A stretch of DNA of 64,000 nt from Escherichia coli (GTDB lineage Bacteria > Pseudomonadota > Gammaproteobacteria > Enterobacterales > Enterobacteriaceae): NCBI RefSeq assembly GCF_024223415.1, contig NZ_CP100500.1; one strand, written 5' to 3'. The first letter of the stretch is position 1; the number at the start of each line of letters is the position of its first letter. Shown piece after piece: positions 25,887 through 34,683 of this stretch. Under the pieces are notes generated by a model that was given only the letters and a program-made list of their open reading frames with translations, searched no databases and was not told where the DNA came from. The translations under genes were made by a program, and so were the position numbers.

Positions 25887-26440
25887 AGCGCAAAGTATTG
25901 TTAATTCCGTTGATTATCTTCCTGGCGATTGCCGCGGCGCTGCTGTGGCAGCTGGCGCGTAATGCCGAAGGGGATGATCCGACCAATCTGGAATCGGCGC
26001 TCATTGGCAAGCCTGTGCCGAAGTTTCGTCTCGAATCACTGGACAATCCGGGGCAGTTTTATCAGGCGGATGTGCTGACTCAGGGCAAACCTGTGCTGCT
26101 TAACGTCTGGGCGACCTGGTGTCCGACCTGCCGTGCGGAACATCAATATCTGAATCAGCTTTCTGCGCAGGGCATCCGCGTGGTCGGCATGAACTATAAA
26201 GACGATCGCCAGAAGGCAATCAGCTGGCTGAAAGAGCTGGGCAATCCTTACGCGCTAAGCCTGTTTGATGGCGACGGCATGTTAGGGCTGGATCTCGGTG
26301 TCTATGGCGCGCCAGAAACGTTCCTTATTGACGGCAACGGCATCATTCGCTATCGCCATGCGGGCGATCTGAATCCTCGCGTCTGGGAAGAAGAGATCAA
26401 GCCGCTGTGGGAGAAATACAGTAAGGAGGCCGCACAATGA
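25883..26440 (+). CDS. ccmG: Thiol:disulfide interchange protein CcmG (DsbE)
   Basis: 185 aa, thioredoxin motif WCPTC. Confidence 0.9.
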   Translation: MKRKVLLIPLIIFLAIAAALLWQLARNAEGDDPTNLESALIGKPVPKFRLESLDNPGQFYQADVLTQGKPVLLNVWATWCPTCRAEHQYLNQLSAQGIRVVGMNYKDDRQKAISWLKELGNPYALSLFDGDGMLGLDLGVYGAPETFLIDGNGIIRYRHAGDLNPRVWEEEIKPLWEKYSKEAAQ

Positions 26441-27489
26441 GGTTTTTATTGGGCGTGCTGATGCTGATGATCTCCGGCTCAGCGCTGGCGACCATCGACG
26501 TGTTGCAGTTTAAAGATGAAGCACAGGAACAACAGTTCCGTCAGCTCACTGAAGAACTGCGCTGCCCGAAATGTCAGAATAACAGCATTGCCGATTCCAA
26601 CTCGATGATTGCCACCGACCTGCGCCAGAAAGTGTATGAACTGATGCAGGAAGGCAAAAGTAAGAAAGAGATTGTCGATTATATGGTGGCGCGTTACGGC
26701 AACTTCGTCACTTACGATCCGCCGTTAACGCCGCTGACCGTGCTGCTGTGGGTGCTTCCGGTAGTGGCTATTGGTATTGGCGGTTGGGTCATTTACGCCC
26801 GCTCGCGGCGTCGGGTACGCGTGGTACCGGAAGCGTTTCCTGAACAAAGCGTGCCGGAAGGTAAGCGTGCCGGATATGTTGTTTATCTGCCGGGTATTTT
26901 AGTGGCGTTAATTGTAGCTGGCGTCAGCTACTACCAGACTGGCAATTATCAGCAGGTGAAAATCTGGCAGCAGGCCACGGCACAGGCTCCGGCGTTGCTG
27001 GACAGGGCGCTGGATCCGAAAGCCGATCCGCTCAACGAAGAAGAGATGTCGCGCCTTGCGCTGGGGATGCGTACTCAACTGCAAAAAAATCCGGGAGATA
27101 TAGAAGGCTGGATTATGTTGGGCCGCGTTGGCATGGCGCTGGGTAACGCCAGTATCGCCACCGATGCATACGCTACTGCGTATCGCCTCGATCCGAAAAA
27201 CAGCGATGCCGCACTGGGTTATGCTGAAGCGTTGACACGTTCATCTGATCCCAACGACAACCGCCTCGGCGGCGAACTGCTGCGCCAGTTGGTGAGAAGC
27301 GACCACAGCAATATCCGTGTGTTAAGCATGTATGCGTTTAATGCCTTTGAGCAGCAGCGATTTGGCGAAGCCGTTGCCGCGTGGGAGATGATGTTGAAAC
27401 TCTTACCTGCCAACGATACTCGCCGTGCGGTGATTGAACGTAGTATCGCGCAGGCGATGCAACATTTGTCGCCGCAGGAGAGTAAATAA
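26437..27489 (+). CDS. ccmH: Cytochrome c maturation protein CcmH
   Basis: 350 aa, N-terminal LRCPKCQN motif, C-terminal TPR-like region. Confidence 0.9.
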   Translation: MRFLLGVLMLMISGSALATIDVLQFKDEAQEQQFRQLTEELRCPKCQNNSIADSNSMIATDLRQKVYELMQEGKSKKEIVDYMVARYGNFVTYDPPLTPLTVLLWVLPVVAIGIGGWVIYARSRRRVRVVPEAFPEQSVPEGKRAGYVVYLPGILVALIVAGVSYYQTGNYQQVKIWQQATAQAPALLDRALDPKADPLNEEEMSRLALGMRTQLQKNPGDIEGWIMLGRVGMALGNASIATDAYATAYRLDPKNSDAALGYAEALTRSSDPNDNRLGGELLRQLVRSDHSNIRVLSMYAFNAFEQQRFGEAVAAWEMMLKLLPANDTRRAVIERSIAQAMQHLSPQESK

Positions 27490-27492
27490 AAA

Positions 27493-27523
27493 GAGGCCCG
27501 ATGGTGATGCCATCGGGCTATTT
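27493..27523. terminator. Bidirectional terminator between ccmH and narP
   Basis: Hairpin gcccgatggtgatgccatcgggc flanked by A-run and T-run. Confidence 0.6.
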
Positions 27524-28171
27524 TTATTGTGCCCCGCGTTGTTGCAGGAACAGAATGGTGGCTGCCACGCGTGAGCGGACATTGAGTTTGCGCAGCAGAT
27601 TGCGAATATGTACTTTTACTGTCTGCTCGGAAATATTCAACACCGAGGCAATCTGTTTATTTGACAGCCCCTGTGCCAGCTCGTGCAGAACATCCAGCTC
27701 GCGCTCCGTCAGCACGCTGAAGGGATCTTCTTCCGCGCCAAACATTTCACGTTCATGTAAGTACTGATTGACGCGTTCGCTAAAGACTTTGCTGCCTTTC
27801 GCTCCGGCACGAATCGCTTCCAGCAACACTTCCGGGTCGCTGTCTTTCAACAGATAACCGTCTGCGCCTGCGTCTATCAGCGCAAAGACATCGCTGGAGG
27901 CATCTGATACGGTCAGGATAATAATTTGCGCGGTAACGCCATCCCTGCGCAAGGCATTGAGGGTATCCAGGCCACTCATACCTTTCATATTGAGATCCAG
28001 CAAGATCACGTCGATATCCAGTCTATTCGCCAGATCGATCGCGCTCGCGCCGTCGCCTGCTTCGGCGACCACTTCAAAGCCACGATCAAGCTCCAGTAAC
28101 TGACGAACACCGCGTCGCATAAGTGGATGATCATCCACAATCATCACCTGAAAAGGCGTTGCTTCAGGCAT
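27524..28171 (-). CDS. narP: Nitrate/nitrite response regulator NarP
   Basis: ORF 27524-28201; probable start MPEATPFQVMIVDDHPLMRRG (215 aa); receiver plus LuxR HTH. Confidence 0.9.
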   Translation of the reverse strand: MPEATPFQVMIVDDHPLMRRGVRQLLELDRGFEVVAEAGDGASAIDLANRLDIDVILLDLNMKGMSGLDTLNALRRDGVTAQIIILTVSDASSDVFALIDAGADGYLLKDSDPEVLLEAIRAGAKGSKVFSERVNQYLHEREMFGAEEDPFSVLTERELDVLHELAQGLSNKQIASVLNISEQTVKVHIRNLLRKLNVRSRVAATILFLQQRGAQ

Positions 28172-28490
28172 AGTAGTCTCCTGAGGTTTTATTAGAATCA
28201 TTATGTTTGAGCGTAGCGTTGGTAACGCTACCAGGCGCGTGAATGTTACCCCATTTTATGTATGGACATGTAGCGAAAACTACAACCTTGTCGTTCGCTT
28301 TGGCATCATTTTCATTATAAAGACGGAATTTTGCATCAGCTTCTCATCAAGAAAAACAACTAAAAAATCAATCACAATACTTGTGCATTTCTTTAAACAG
28401 TTTTTAAAAACTGACTCCGGGTATGGAGCTATGGGTATTTTCTCTACCCAATGCTTTTAACAGCAATTAATTTCATAGGATGAAAGCTCA

Positions 28491-31082
28491 ATGCATCAAT
28501 CTGGTTCTGTTTCTCTTTGTCGTTCCGCAATATCTGTTCTGGTGGCTACAGCGTTATATTCACCCATAGCATTGGCATCAACAGTTGAGTATGGTGAGAC
28601 AGTTGATGGTGTTGTCCTGGAAAAAGATATCCAGCTGGTTTATGGGACCGCCAATAATACGAAAATCAATCCTGGCGGAGAACAGCATATTAAAGAATTT
28701 GGTATAAGTAGTAATACTGAAATTAACGGCGGGTATCAGTACATTGAAATGAATGGCACCGCAGAATACTCAGTATTAAATGATGGTTATCAAATTGTTC
28801 AAATGGGTGGCGCGGCAAACCAGACTACGCTCAATAATGGTGTGCTACAGGTTTATGGCGCGGCGAATGATCCCACGATTAAAGGCGGGCGCTTAATTGT
28901 TGAAAAAGATGGGATTGCCGTCTTTGCCGCTATCGAAAAGGGAGGATTACTGGAGGTTAAAGACGGGGGATTAGCATTTGCGGTAGATCAGAAGGCAGGC
29001 GGTGCTATTAAAGCAACCACGCGGGTCATGGAGGTATTCGGAACAAACCGTCTCGGTCAGTTCGATATCAAGAATGGAATTGCAAACAATATGCTGTTGG
29101 AAAACGGCGGAAGTTTGCGAGTTGAAGAAAATGACTTCGCTTATAATACTACTGTAGATAGTGGCGGCTTACTGGAGGTTATGGATGGCGGGACTGCAAC
29201 TGGCGTTGATAAAAAAGCAGGCGGAAAATTAATTGTCTCAACGAATGCGCTGGAAGTGAGTGGTACAAACAGTAAAGGCCAATTTAGTATAAAAGATGGT
29301 GTGTCAAAAAATTATGAACTGGATGATGGTTCCGGGCTTATTGTTATGGAGGACACGCAGGCCATTGACACTATCCTTGATGAGCATGCCACTATGCAAT
29401 CGCTGGGAAAGGATACTGGGACGAGAGTGCAGGCAAATGCGGTATATGATCTCGGTCGATCAGATCAGAATGGAAGTATCACGTATTCCTCAAAAGCCAT
29501 CTCTGAAAATATGGTTATCAACAATGGCCGCGCTAACGTCTGGGCTGGCACAATGGTTAACGTGTCAGTCAGAGGGAATGATGGCATTCTTGAGGTCATG
29601 AAGCCGCAAATAAATTATGCACCCGCAATGTTGGTGGGTAAGGTAGTGGTTTCTGAGGGCGCTTCTTTTAGAACGCATGGTGCCGTGGATACCAGCAAAG
29701 CGGACGTTTCGCTCGAAAATAGCGTATGGACCATCATTGCCGATATCACTACGACGAACCAAAACACCCTCCTCAACTTAGCCAACCTTGCGATGTCTGA
29801 CGCAAATGTGATTATGATGGATGAGCCAGTGACTCGTTCATCAGTGACGGCAAGTGCGAAAAATTTCATTACGTTGACCACCAATACCCTGTCGGGAAAC
29901 GGCAATTTTTATATGCGTACCGATATGGCTAATCATCAGAGCGATCAGCTCAACGTCACCGGTCAGGCAACAGGTGATTTCAAAATATTCGTGACGGACA
30001 CCGGTGCCAGCCCGGCAGCAGGAGATAGCCTTACACTGGTAACAACGGGCGGCGGTGATGCTGCATTTACGTTGGGCAATGCCGGAGGTGTTGTTGATAT
30101 CGGTACGTATGAATATACCTTGCTGGATAATGGCAACCATAGCTGGAGTCTGGCAGAGAATCGCGCGCAAATTACCCCTTCAACCACTGATGTGCTGAAT
30201 ATGGCGGCCGCACAACCGCTGGTATTTGATGCAGAACTGGACACCGTGCGTGAGCGTCTTGGTAGCGTAAAAGGCGTTAGTTACGATACGGCGATGTGGA
30301 GTTCGGCAATTAACACCCGCAACAACGTGACCACTGATGCGGGAGCTGGTTTTGAGCAAACATTGACGGGCCTGACGCTCGGTATCGATAGCCGTTTCTC
30401 CCGTGAAGAAAGCAGCACAATTCGCGGCTTGTTCTTTGGTTACTCTCATTCTGATATTGGTTTTGATCGCGGCGGCAAAGGCAATGTCGATAGCTATACC
30501 CTGGGTGCTTATGCCGGTTGGGAGCATCAGAACGGTGCCTATGTTGATGGGGTGGTGAAAGTTGACCGTTTTGCCAACACCATCCATGGCAAGATGAGTA
30601 ATGGGGCAACAGCGTTTGGAGATTACAATAGTAACGGCGCGGGTGCTCATGTTGAGAGCGGGTTCCGTTGGGTTGACGGATTGTGGAGTGTTAGACCCTA
30701 TCTGGCCTTTACCGGCTTTACCACAGATGGTCAGGACTACACGTTATCAAACGGCATGCGCGCGGACGTGGGAAATACCCGGATATTACGCGCTGAAGCG
30801 GGAACGGCGGTAAGCTATCACATGGACCTGCAAAACGGTACGACGCTGGAACCCTGGCTGAAAGCCGCCGTGCGTCAGGAATACGCCGATTCTAACCAGG
30901 TGAAAGTTAATGACGATGGCAAATTTAATAATGATGTGGCTGGAACCAGTGGCGTTTATCAGGCTGGGATAAGGTCATCGTTTACCCCGACGTTAAGCGG
31001 TCATTTGTCAGTCAGCTATGGCAATGGCGCAGGGGTAGAATCGCCGTGGAATACCCAGGCGGGTGTGGTCTGGACGTTCTGA
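28491..31082 (+). CDS. yejO: Autotransporter YejO (apparently intact; passenger plus C-terminal beta-barrel)
   Basis: 863-aa ORF with signal peptide, repetitive passenger domain and C-terminal barrel ending ...GVVWTF; adjacent to narP as in E. coli. Confidence 0.8.
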   Translation: MHQSGSVSLCRSAISVLVATALYSPIALASTVEYGETVDGVVLEKDIQLVYGTANNTKINPGGEQHIKEFGISSNTEINGGYQYIEMNGTAEYSVLNDGYQIVQMGGAANQTTLNNGVLQVYGAANDPTIKGGRLIVEKDGIAVFAAIEKGGLLEVKDGGLAFAVDQKAGGAIKATTRVMEVFGTNRLGQFDIKNGIANNMLLENGGSLRVEENDFAYNTTVDSGGLLEVMDGGTATGVDKKAGGKLIVSTNALEVSGTNSKGQFSIKDGVSKNYELDDGSGLIVMEDTQAIDTILDEHATMQSLGKDTGTRVQANAVYDLGRSDQNGSITYSSKAISENMVINNGRANVWAGTMVNVSVRGNDGILEVMKPQINYAPAMLVGKVVVSEGASFRTHGAVDTSKADVSLENSVWTIIADITTTNQNTLLNLANLAMSDANVIMMDEPVTRSSVTASAKNFITLTTNTLSGNGNFYMRTDMANHQSDQLNVTGQATGDFKIFVTDTGASPAAGDSLTLVTTGGGDAAFTLGNAGGVVDIGTYEYTLLDNGNHSWSLAENRAQITPSTTDVLNMAAAQPLVFDAELDTVRERLGSVKGVSYDTAMWSSAINTRNNVTTDAGAGFEQTLTGLTLGIDSRFSREESSTIRGLFFGYSHSDIGFDRGGKGNVDSYTLGAYAGWEHQNGAYVDGVVKVDRFANTIHGKMSNGATAFGDYNSNGAGAHVESGFRWVDGLWSVRPYLAFTGFTTDGQDYTLSNGMRADVGNTRILRAEAGTAVSYHMDLQNGTTLEPWLKAAVRQEYADSNQVKVNDDGKFNNDVAGTSGVYQAGIRSSFTPTLSGHLSVSYGNGAGVESPWNTQAGVVWTF

Positions 31083-31143
31083 TAACAGACAATAAACAGG
31101 CCGTGATGTGTCGCGGTCTGTTTATCGAATTAAATGCAGATAT

Positions 31144-31176
31144 AAAAAAACCAACCTTTACGGTTGGTTTTTTTTG
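31144..31176. terminator. Terminator hairpin after yejO
   Basis: aaaaaaaccaacctttacggttggtttttttt. Confidence 0.6.
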
Positions 31177-31183
31177 GGATTTT

Positions 31184-31196
31184 TGGTCCACGAGAG
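31184..31196. other. Putative distal att site (degenerate repeat of tRNA-Pro 3' end)
   Basis: tggtccacgagag versus tRNA 3' end tggtcggcacgagagg; imperfect, so the exact boundary is uncertain. Confidence 0.35.
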
Positions 31197-31257
31197 TAGT
31201 TTAATTGAGTGTGTAACCACATGATTTTAAATAATATGCTTGATTCAACTTTTAAAT

Positions 31258-31284
31258 CGTATAACCAAACGTATAACTAAAATC
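31258..31284. promoter_or_regulatory. Putative integrase arm-type repeats (left island end)
   Basis: cgtataaccaaacgtataactaaaatc; same motif recurs at 42233-42290 next to int. Confidence 0.4.
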
Positions 31285-31447
31285 ATTTGCTGAAAAAGTG
31301 TACAATTTAAAGGCGAGTTTTCCCAGAGGTTTATTAAACTACGAAAATTTCGTAGTTTGTGAATATATTCCGGCCTGCTGGTTAACAGTCCTCAGATGTG
31401 AGGGATGTAGCCAGCGCAATTTTGCGCTTTGCTTTAATCTCAGTCAG

Positions 31448-31729
31448 TTATCGCCGTAACCGCTCCGGCTTCTTCCAGTGGTACGTAATTTTTTCTTTCT
31501 CCCGATACAGTTCAACGCGGCGATTGTAGGCCAGCATTTCCAGAACGCGGATCCGTATGTCGCGCATATCCACGCCGTTAAGCTCAATACCGTCACGGCG
31601 CATCACCTCAGCAACCACACGCGCATAATTTTCGGCGGTCACGCTGTCCGGCTGCGTGGCCTGTTCGTCAGCCTGCTGGCTGATTCCGGCAACGCGACGG
31701 ATTAATCGCAGTAGTTCGGCTTCTGTCAT
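31448..31729 (-). CDS. Hypothetical protein, cos-adjacent
   Basis: 93-aa ORF, plausible composition; no family recognised. Confidence 0.45.
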   Translation of the reverse strand: MTEAELLRLIRRVAGISQQADEQATQPDSVTAENYARVVAEVMRRDGIELNGVDMRDIRIRVLEMLAYNRRVELYREKEKITYHWKKPERLRR

Positions 31730-31761
31730 TGTGCCCCCATCGTTCTGATAGTCTGGTGTCG

Positions 31762-31836
31762 TCGGGTCCTTCCTGGAATTATGGCCCGTTACGGGGCGTC
31801 GACCTCGCGGTTTTTCGCTATTTATGAGATTTTTTG
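31762..31836 (+). other. Lambda-like cos site, copy 1 (cosQ-cosN-cosB start, + orientation)
   Basis: cgggtccttcctgg...cccgttacg|GGGCGTCGACCT|cgcggtttttcgctatttatgag resembles lambda ACGGGTCCTTTCCGG...GGTTACG|GGGCGGCGACCT|CGCGGGTTTTCGCTATTTATGAAAA (lambda sequence from memory). Confidence 0.6.
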
Positions 31837-32285
31837 AGGGGGTGGTTGTTGTTTAATTGTTTGGTATATCTAATTGATAAGTAAGGTAAAAATAAAATAA
31901 ATACAACAACCTTACGGTGTATTTTGATGTCATTAATGTGAAAAAATTCAATGATATCAAATGGTTTTGTAAAAACATATGGTTGTTGTATCGCGTATTT
32001 GATGGCGTAACAGAAAGTGATTTTTAACTTTACCGCTCTGTAACTACGGATTATTCCATGCTGGCACGGAGAACGGCTACGGCATGACGCCACCCAGCCT
32101 ATACAGAACAGTAAAGCCGATAAATTGTTAATCACGCGCAGCAATGCGTGTGATTTTTGCACACTTCCGGTTAACGGGTACGATGTCCGGTTTGTTTGTA
32201 CATTTTTTGCACATGTCCGGTTCGCAGAAAGCATGTTTTTATATTTTTCATATAGTTAACTTGCAGAGAAACCGGACATGGATCC

Positions 32286-32360
32286 CGAAAAATTTTCATA
32301 AATAGTGAAAACGCGCGAGGTCGACGCCCCGTAACGGGTCCACATGCCGGAAAGGACCCG
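32286..32360 (-). other. Lambda-like cos site, copy 2 (inverted; reads cosQ-cosN-cosB on the minus strand)
   Basis: Minus strand reads cgggtcctttccggcatgtggacccgttacg|GGGCGTCGACCT|cgcgcgttttcactatttatgaaaattttt; closer to lambda than copy 1. Confidence 0.65.
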
Positions 32361-32384
32361 CAAAAAAAGCCGGATTTCTCCGGC
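32361..32384 (-). terminator. Terminator after the capsid-module operon
   Basis: Minus strand gccggagaaatccggc followed by a T-run. Confidence 0.5.
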
Positions 32385-32390
32385 CTTGTC

Positions 32391-32804
32391 TCAGATGGTT
32401 TTCAGTATGCGATCGATGTTGCCGTCATCGACCGGGTTTCTGCCATCGTATGCCATGCCAGCTGATACGGCTTTCGGGCTGTGCATGTCCATAAAGTTTT
32501 CAAAGGCTGAAGTAAGCTGTGGTGCAACCTTCGGGCGTTCCTGCTCTATGGTCATGCTAAGGATGCTTTTAGCCGTACCAACATCGATACAAGGCACGTT
32601 AGCCATTGCACGTAACAGCGGCTGGTAGTCGTCAGATTCATGAAGCGCCATAATCGCATCAGCGCGCTGCTTGTCCTGTTCTTCCAGTTTGTTTAGTCGG
32701 TGTATGGCCTCGTAGGTTGATAAACCTCTGTCAGCCATTGCCCGCGCTTCGGCTTTAAATTTACTCGCCAGCGGTAGCGTCATGATACTTTCATTCGTTG
32801 CCAT
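32391..32804 (-). CDS. Hypothetical protein, last gene of the capsid-module operon
   Basis: 137-aa ORF immediately downstream of the gpD-like gene; no family recognised. Confidence 0.55.
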   Translation of the reverse strand: MATNESIMTLPLASKFKAEARAMADRGLSTYEAIHRLNKLEEQDKQRADAIMALHESDDYQPLLRAMANVPCIDVGTAKSILSMTIEQERPKVAPQLTSAFENFMDMHSPKAVSAGMAYDGRNPVDDGNIDRILKTI

Positions 32805-32816
32805 CGTTCCCCCTGC

Positions 32817-33152
32817 TTATCGGGCCAGCGGCTGAACGGATACGCCGGAACCCGCAAAGGCGGCGCATTTTTTCGCATCGGTGTCGACGCTGTCAGGCCA
32901 GTTAACGGCGGCAATATTGAATATCCCCGTTTTGTAACACTGTGCTGATTTCTGCTTTGACGTGTCCACGGGGTGCGAAGTCAGATAAACAGCTTTGCCA
33001 GATTCCTGACCATCCCACGCCTTAAACTCGCCATTGTCTGCCAGCATCAGCGGGGTAAATTCCTGAATAACGCCAGCATCAGCGGCAAAATGTACCAGCG
33101 TCGTGGATACCTGCTGGCTGCCTGCAAATAACTCAATATATGGAGCGTCCAT
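32817..33152 (-). CDS. Head decoration protein, lambda gpD-like
   Basis: 111 aa; conserved blocks shared with lambda gpD as recalled (TPLMLxD...AWDG...YKxGxF...WP...KKxAFAG). Confidence 0.65.
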   Translation of the reverse strand: MDAPYIELFAGSQQVSTTLVHFAADAGVIQEFTPLMLADNGEFKAWDGQESGKAVYLTSHPVDTSKQKSAQCYKTGIFNIAAVNWPDSVDTDAKKCAAFAGSGVSVQPLAR

Positions 33153-33163
33153 AGAATCCCCCG

Positions 33164-34219
33164 TTAAGCAATTTTGACGGTAACAAATTTGCGAATATCT
33201 GCCGGTACCGGCTGCGGTGCGCTGTGCGTCTGCACGTACTCAATCGCCGGATCGCCGTCCTCAATCCAGTTTTTCGGGTAGTACATGTTTTGCGTTGCGC
33301 CCGTTCTTACCGCTTCCTGATCCATAATCGCACCATATGCCACAAGCCCTTTATTGTTGGTGTTACCCAGGACAAGCAAATCAGGCTCAAGGAAATATTT
33401 TTCGGTGCCGTCGCTGTCAGTGTATTTGCCGGAATAGACGATAAGGGCCAGATCACCAAGATAGCCTTTAAAGCTCACCACTTCGCCCAGGTTTTTACAG
33501 GCCAGCTCGGCGGCGGATTCTGAGCCACGGTAAAGATCGTACAGTTCACGGAATTTTTTAAAGCTGCGTAATGTGCGCCATGCCTCACCGCCCATAATCA
33601 TGACGTTGGCGGGGCAACCTGCCTGATCAGCATAAAGCTCGATGTCATAGATTGGGTCGTGCATGTCTTTATCCTGCTGGGACCATTTTTTACCACTGGC
33701 CTGCTGTATGATGCAGTTTTCCGGTATTTTCCAGTCGATTTCATAGCGTTCTATGCCTTCGCCCTCAATGATGTTTTTTCCGGTCGTTACCGCATTCACC
33801 GCCAGCCATTCCACGCGCGCCTTAATGGCGTTTATCTGGCGGCGCATGTTGCCAGTAATCAGGCGCATACGGCGGTAAGTTGGATCGTTAAGCTGTGCCG
33901 GATCTTCTCCAGCCATGCGCATGATGGTCTTTGTTGGATCGATTTCGTGCTTTGGCTTCATGTAGCCTGGTTTAATCGTGCTGGTTTCGTACCCTTTATC
34001 GCGCTGGACCTGACTACCCACCATAGGAGAACAGAACGCTGACATCGTAACCTCTTCAATGTCCAGGGTGTCCAGCATGATGTTTTGGGTGTTGAAGGTC
34101 GCCACGTTCGGGAAAAACAGCGTGGTAAACAGCGGACTAAATTTAAATTCCGAAATATCCCCGCGATTCAGGTACGCGAAAAGCTGGTTAGTTGTAAGTG
34201 CCGTTGCTTTGCCTGTCAT
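33164..34219 (-). CDS. Major capsid protein, lambda gpE-like
   Basis: 351 aa; blocks shared with lambda gpE as recalled (FKFxPLF, PGYMKPKHE, DPxYRRMR, YSGxY, YPKNW, GDPA). Confidence 0.8.
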   Translation of the reverse strand: MTGKATALTTNQLFAYLNRGDISEFKFSPLFTTLFFPNVATFNTQNIMLDTLDIEEVTMSAFCSPMVGSQVQRDKGYETSTIKPGYMKPKHEIDPTKTIMRMAGEDPAQLNDPTYRRMRLITGNMRRQINAIKARVEWLAVNAVTTGKNIIEGEGIERYEIDWKIPENCIIQQASGKKWSQQDKDMHDPIYDIELYADQAGCPANVMIMGGEAWRTLRSFKKFRELYDLYRGSESAAELACKNLGEVVSFKGYLGDLALIVYSGKYTDSDGTEKYFLEPDLLVLGNTNNKGLVAYGAIMDQEAVRTGATQNMYYPKNWIEDGDPAIEYVQTHSAPQPVPADIRKFVTVKIA

Positions 34220-34425
34220 TATTCACCTCCGTGAACCTGATTGATACCCAGCGCCGCACGTAAATAGGTACGCACCTGCCAGCCTGTTGACGGCTCAACC
34301 ATCGCCAGCGGATCAAGTCCTGCCGCAATGCCTGCTTTTACATTCTGCTGGTGGCGTTCCTTGAGCGCCTCCACGATGTCGGGGCTTATGTAGACCGTCA
34401 CCCCGCCTTTTTTCTCTTCTGCCAT
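34219..34425 (-). CDS. Hypothetical small protein, first gene of the capsid-module operon
   Basis: 68-aa ORF whose stop overlaps the gpE-like start. Confidence 0.45.
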   Translation of the reverse strand: MAEEKKGGVTVYISPDIVEALKERHQQNVKAGIAAGLDPLAMVEPSTGWQVRTYLRAALGINQVHGGE

Positions 34426-34592
34426 AGTCAGAAATTCCTCTTTGACTTAAAAAATCATAACTGGATGTTCATCCAGTCCTGATTATAATCATGATTGCAT
34501 TTTGCGCAACAATATTGAGTTACGTTGCAAATTATGAAATGATTATCCCGATCATGTGTGCCAGTGCACCATAAAAAACCTCGTATACAAAA

Positions 34593-34660
34593 GCCCGATA
34601 AGCCCCCTGTGACCTTATCGGGCTTTTTTTAGGCGTAAAAAAGCCGGATTGCTCCGGCTT
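34593..34660. terminator. Pair of terminator hairpins between the finO-like gene and the capsid operon
   Basis: gcccgataagccccctgtgaccttatcgggc + T-run, and agccggattgctccggct preceded by an A-run. Confidence 0.5.
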
Positions 34661-34683
34661 CGTCTCTTCATGTGGTCAGGGTT

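Noticed and set aside
31818-32234. 138-aa minus-strand ORF inside the cos spacer
   Set aside because: It lies entirely in AT-rich repeat-containing spacer DNA between the two cos copies, has low-complexity composition and no RBS; most likely non-coding.
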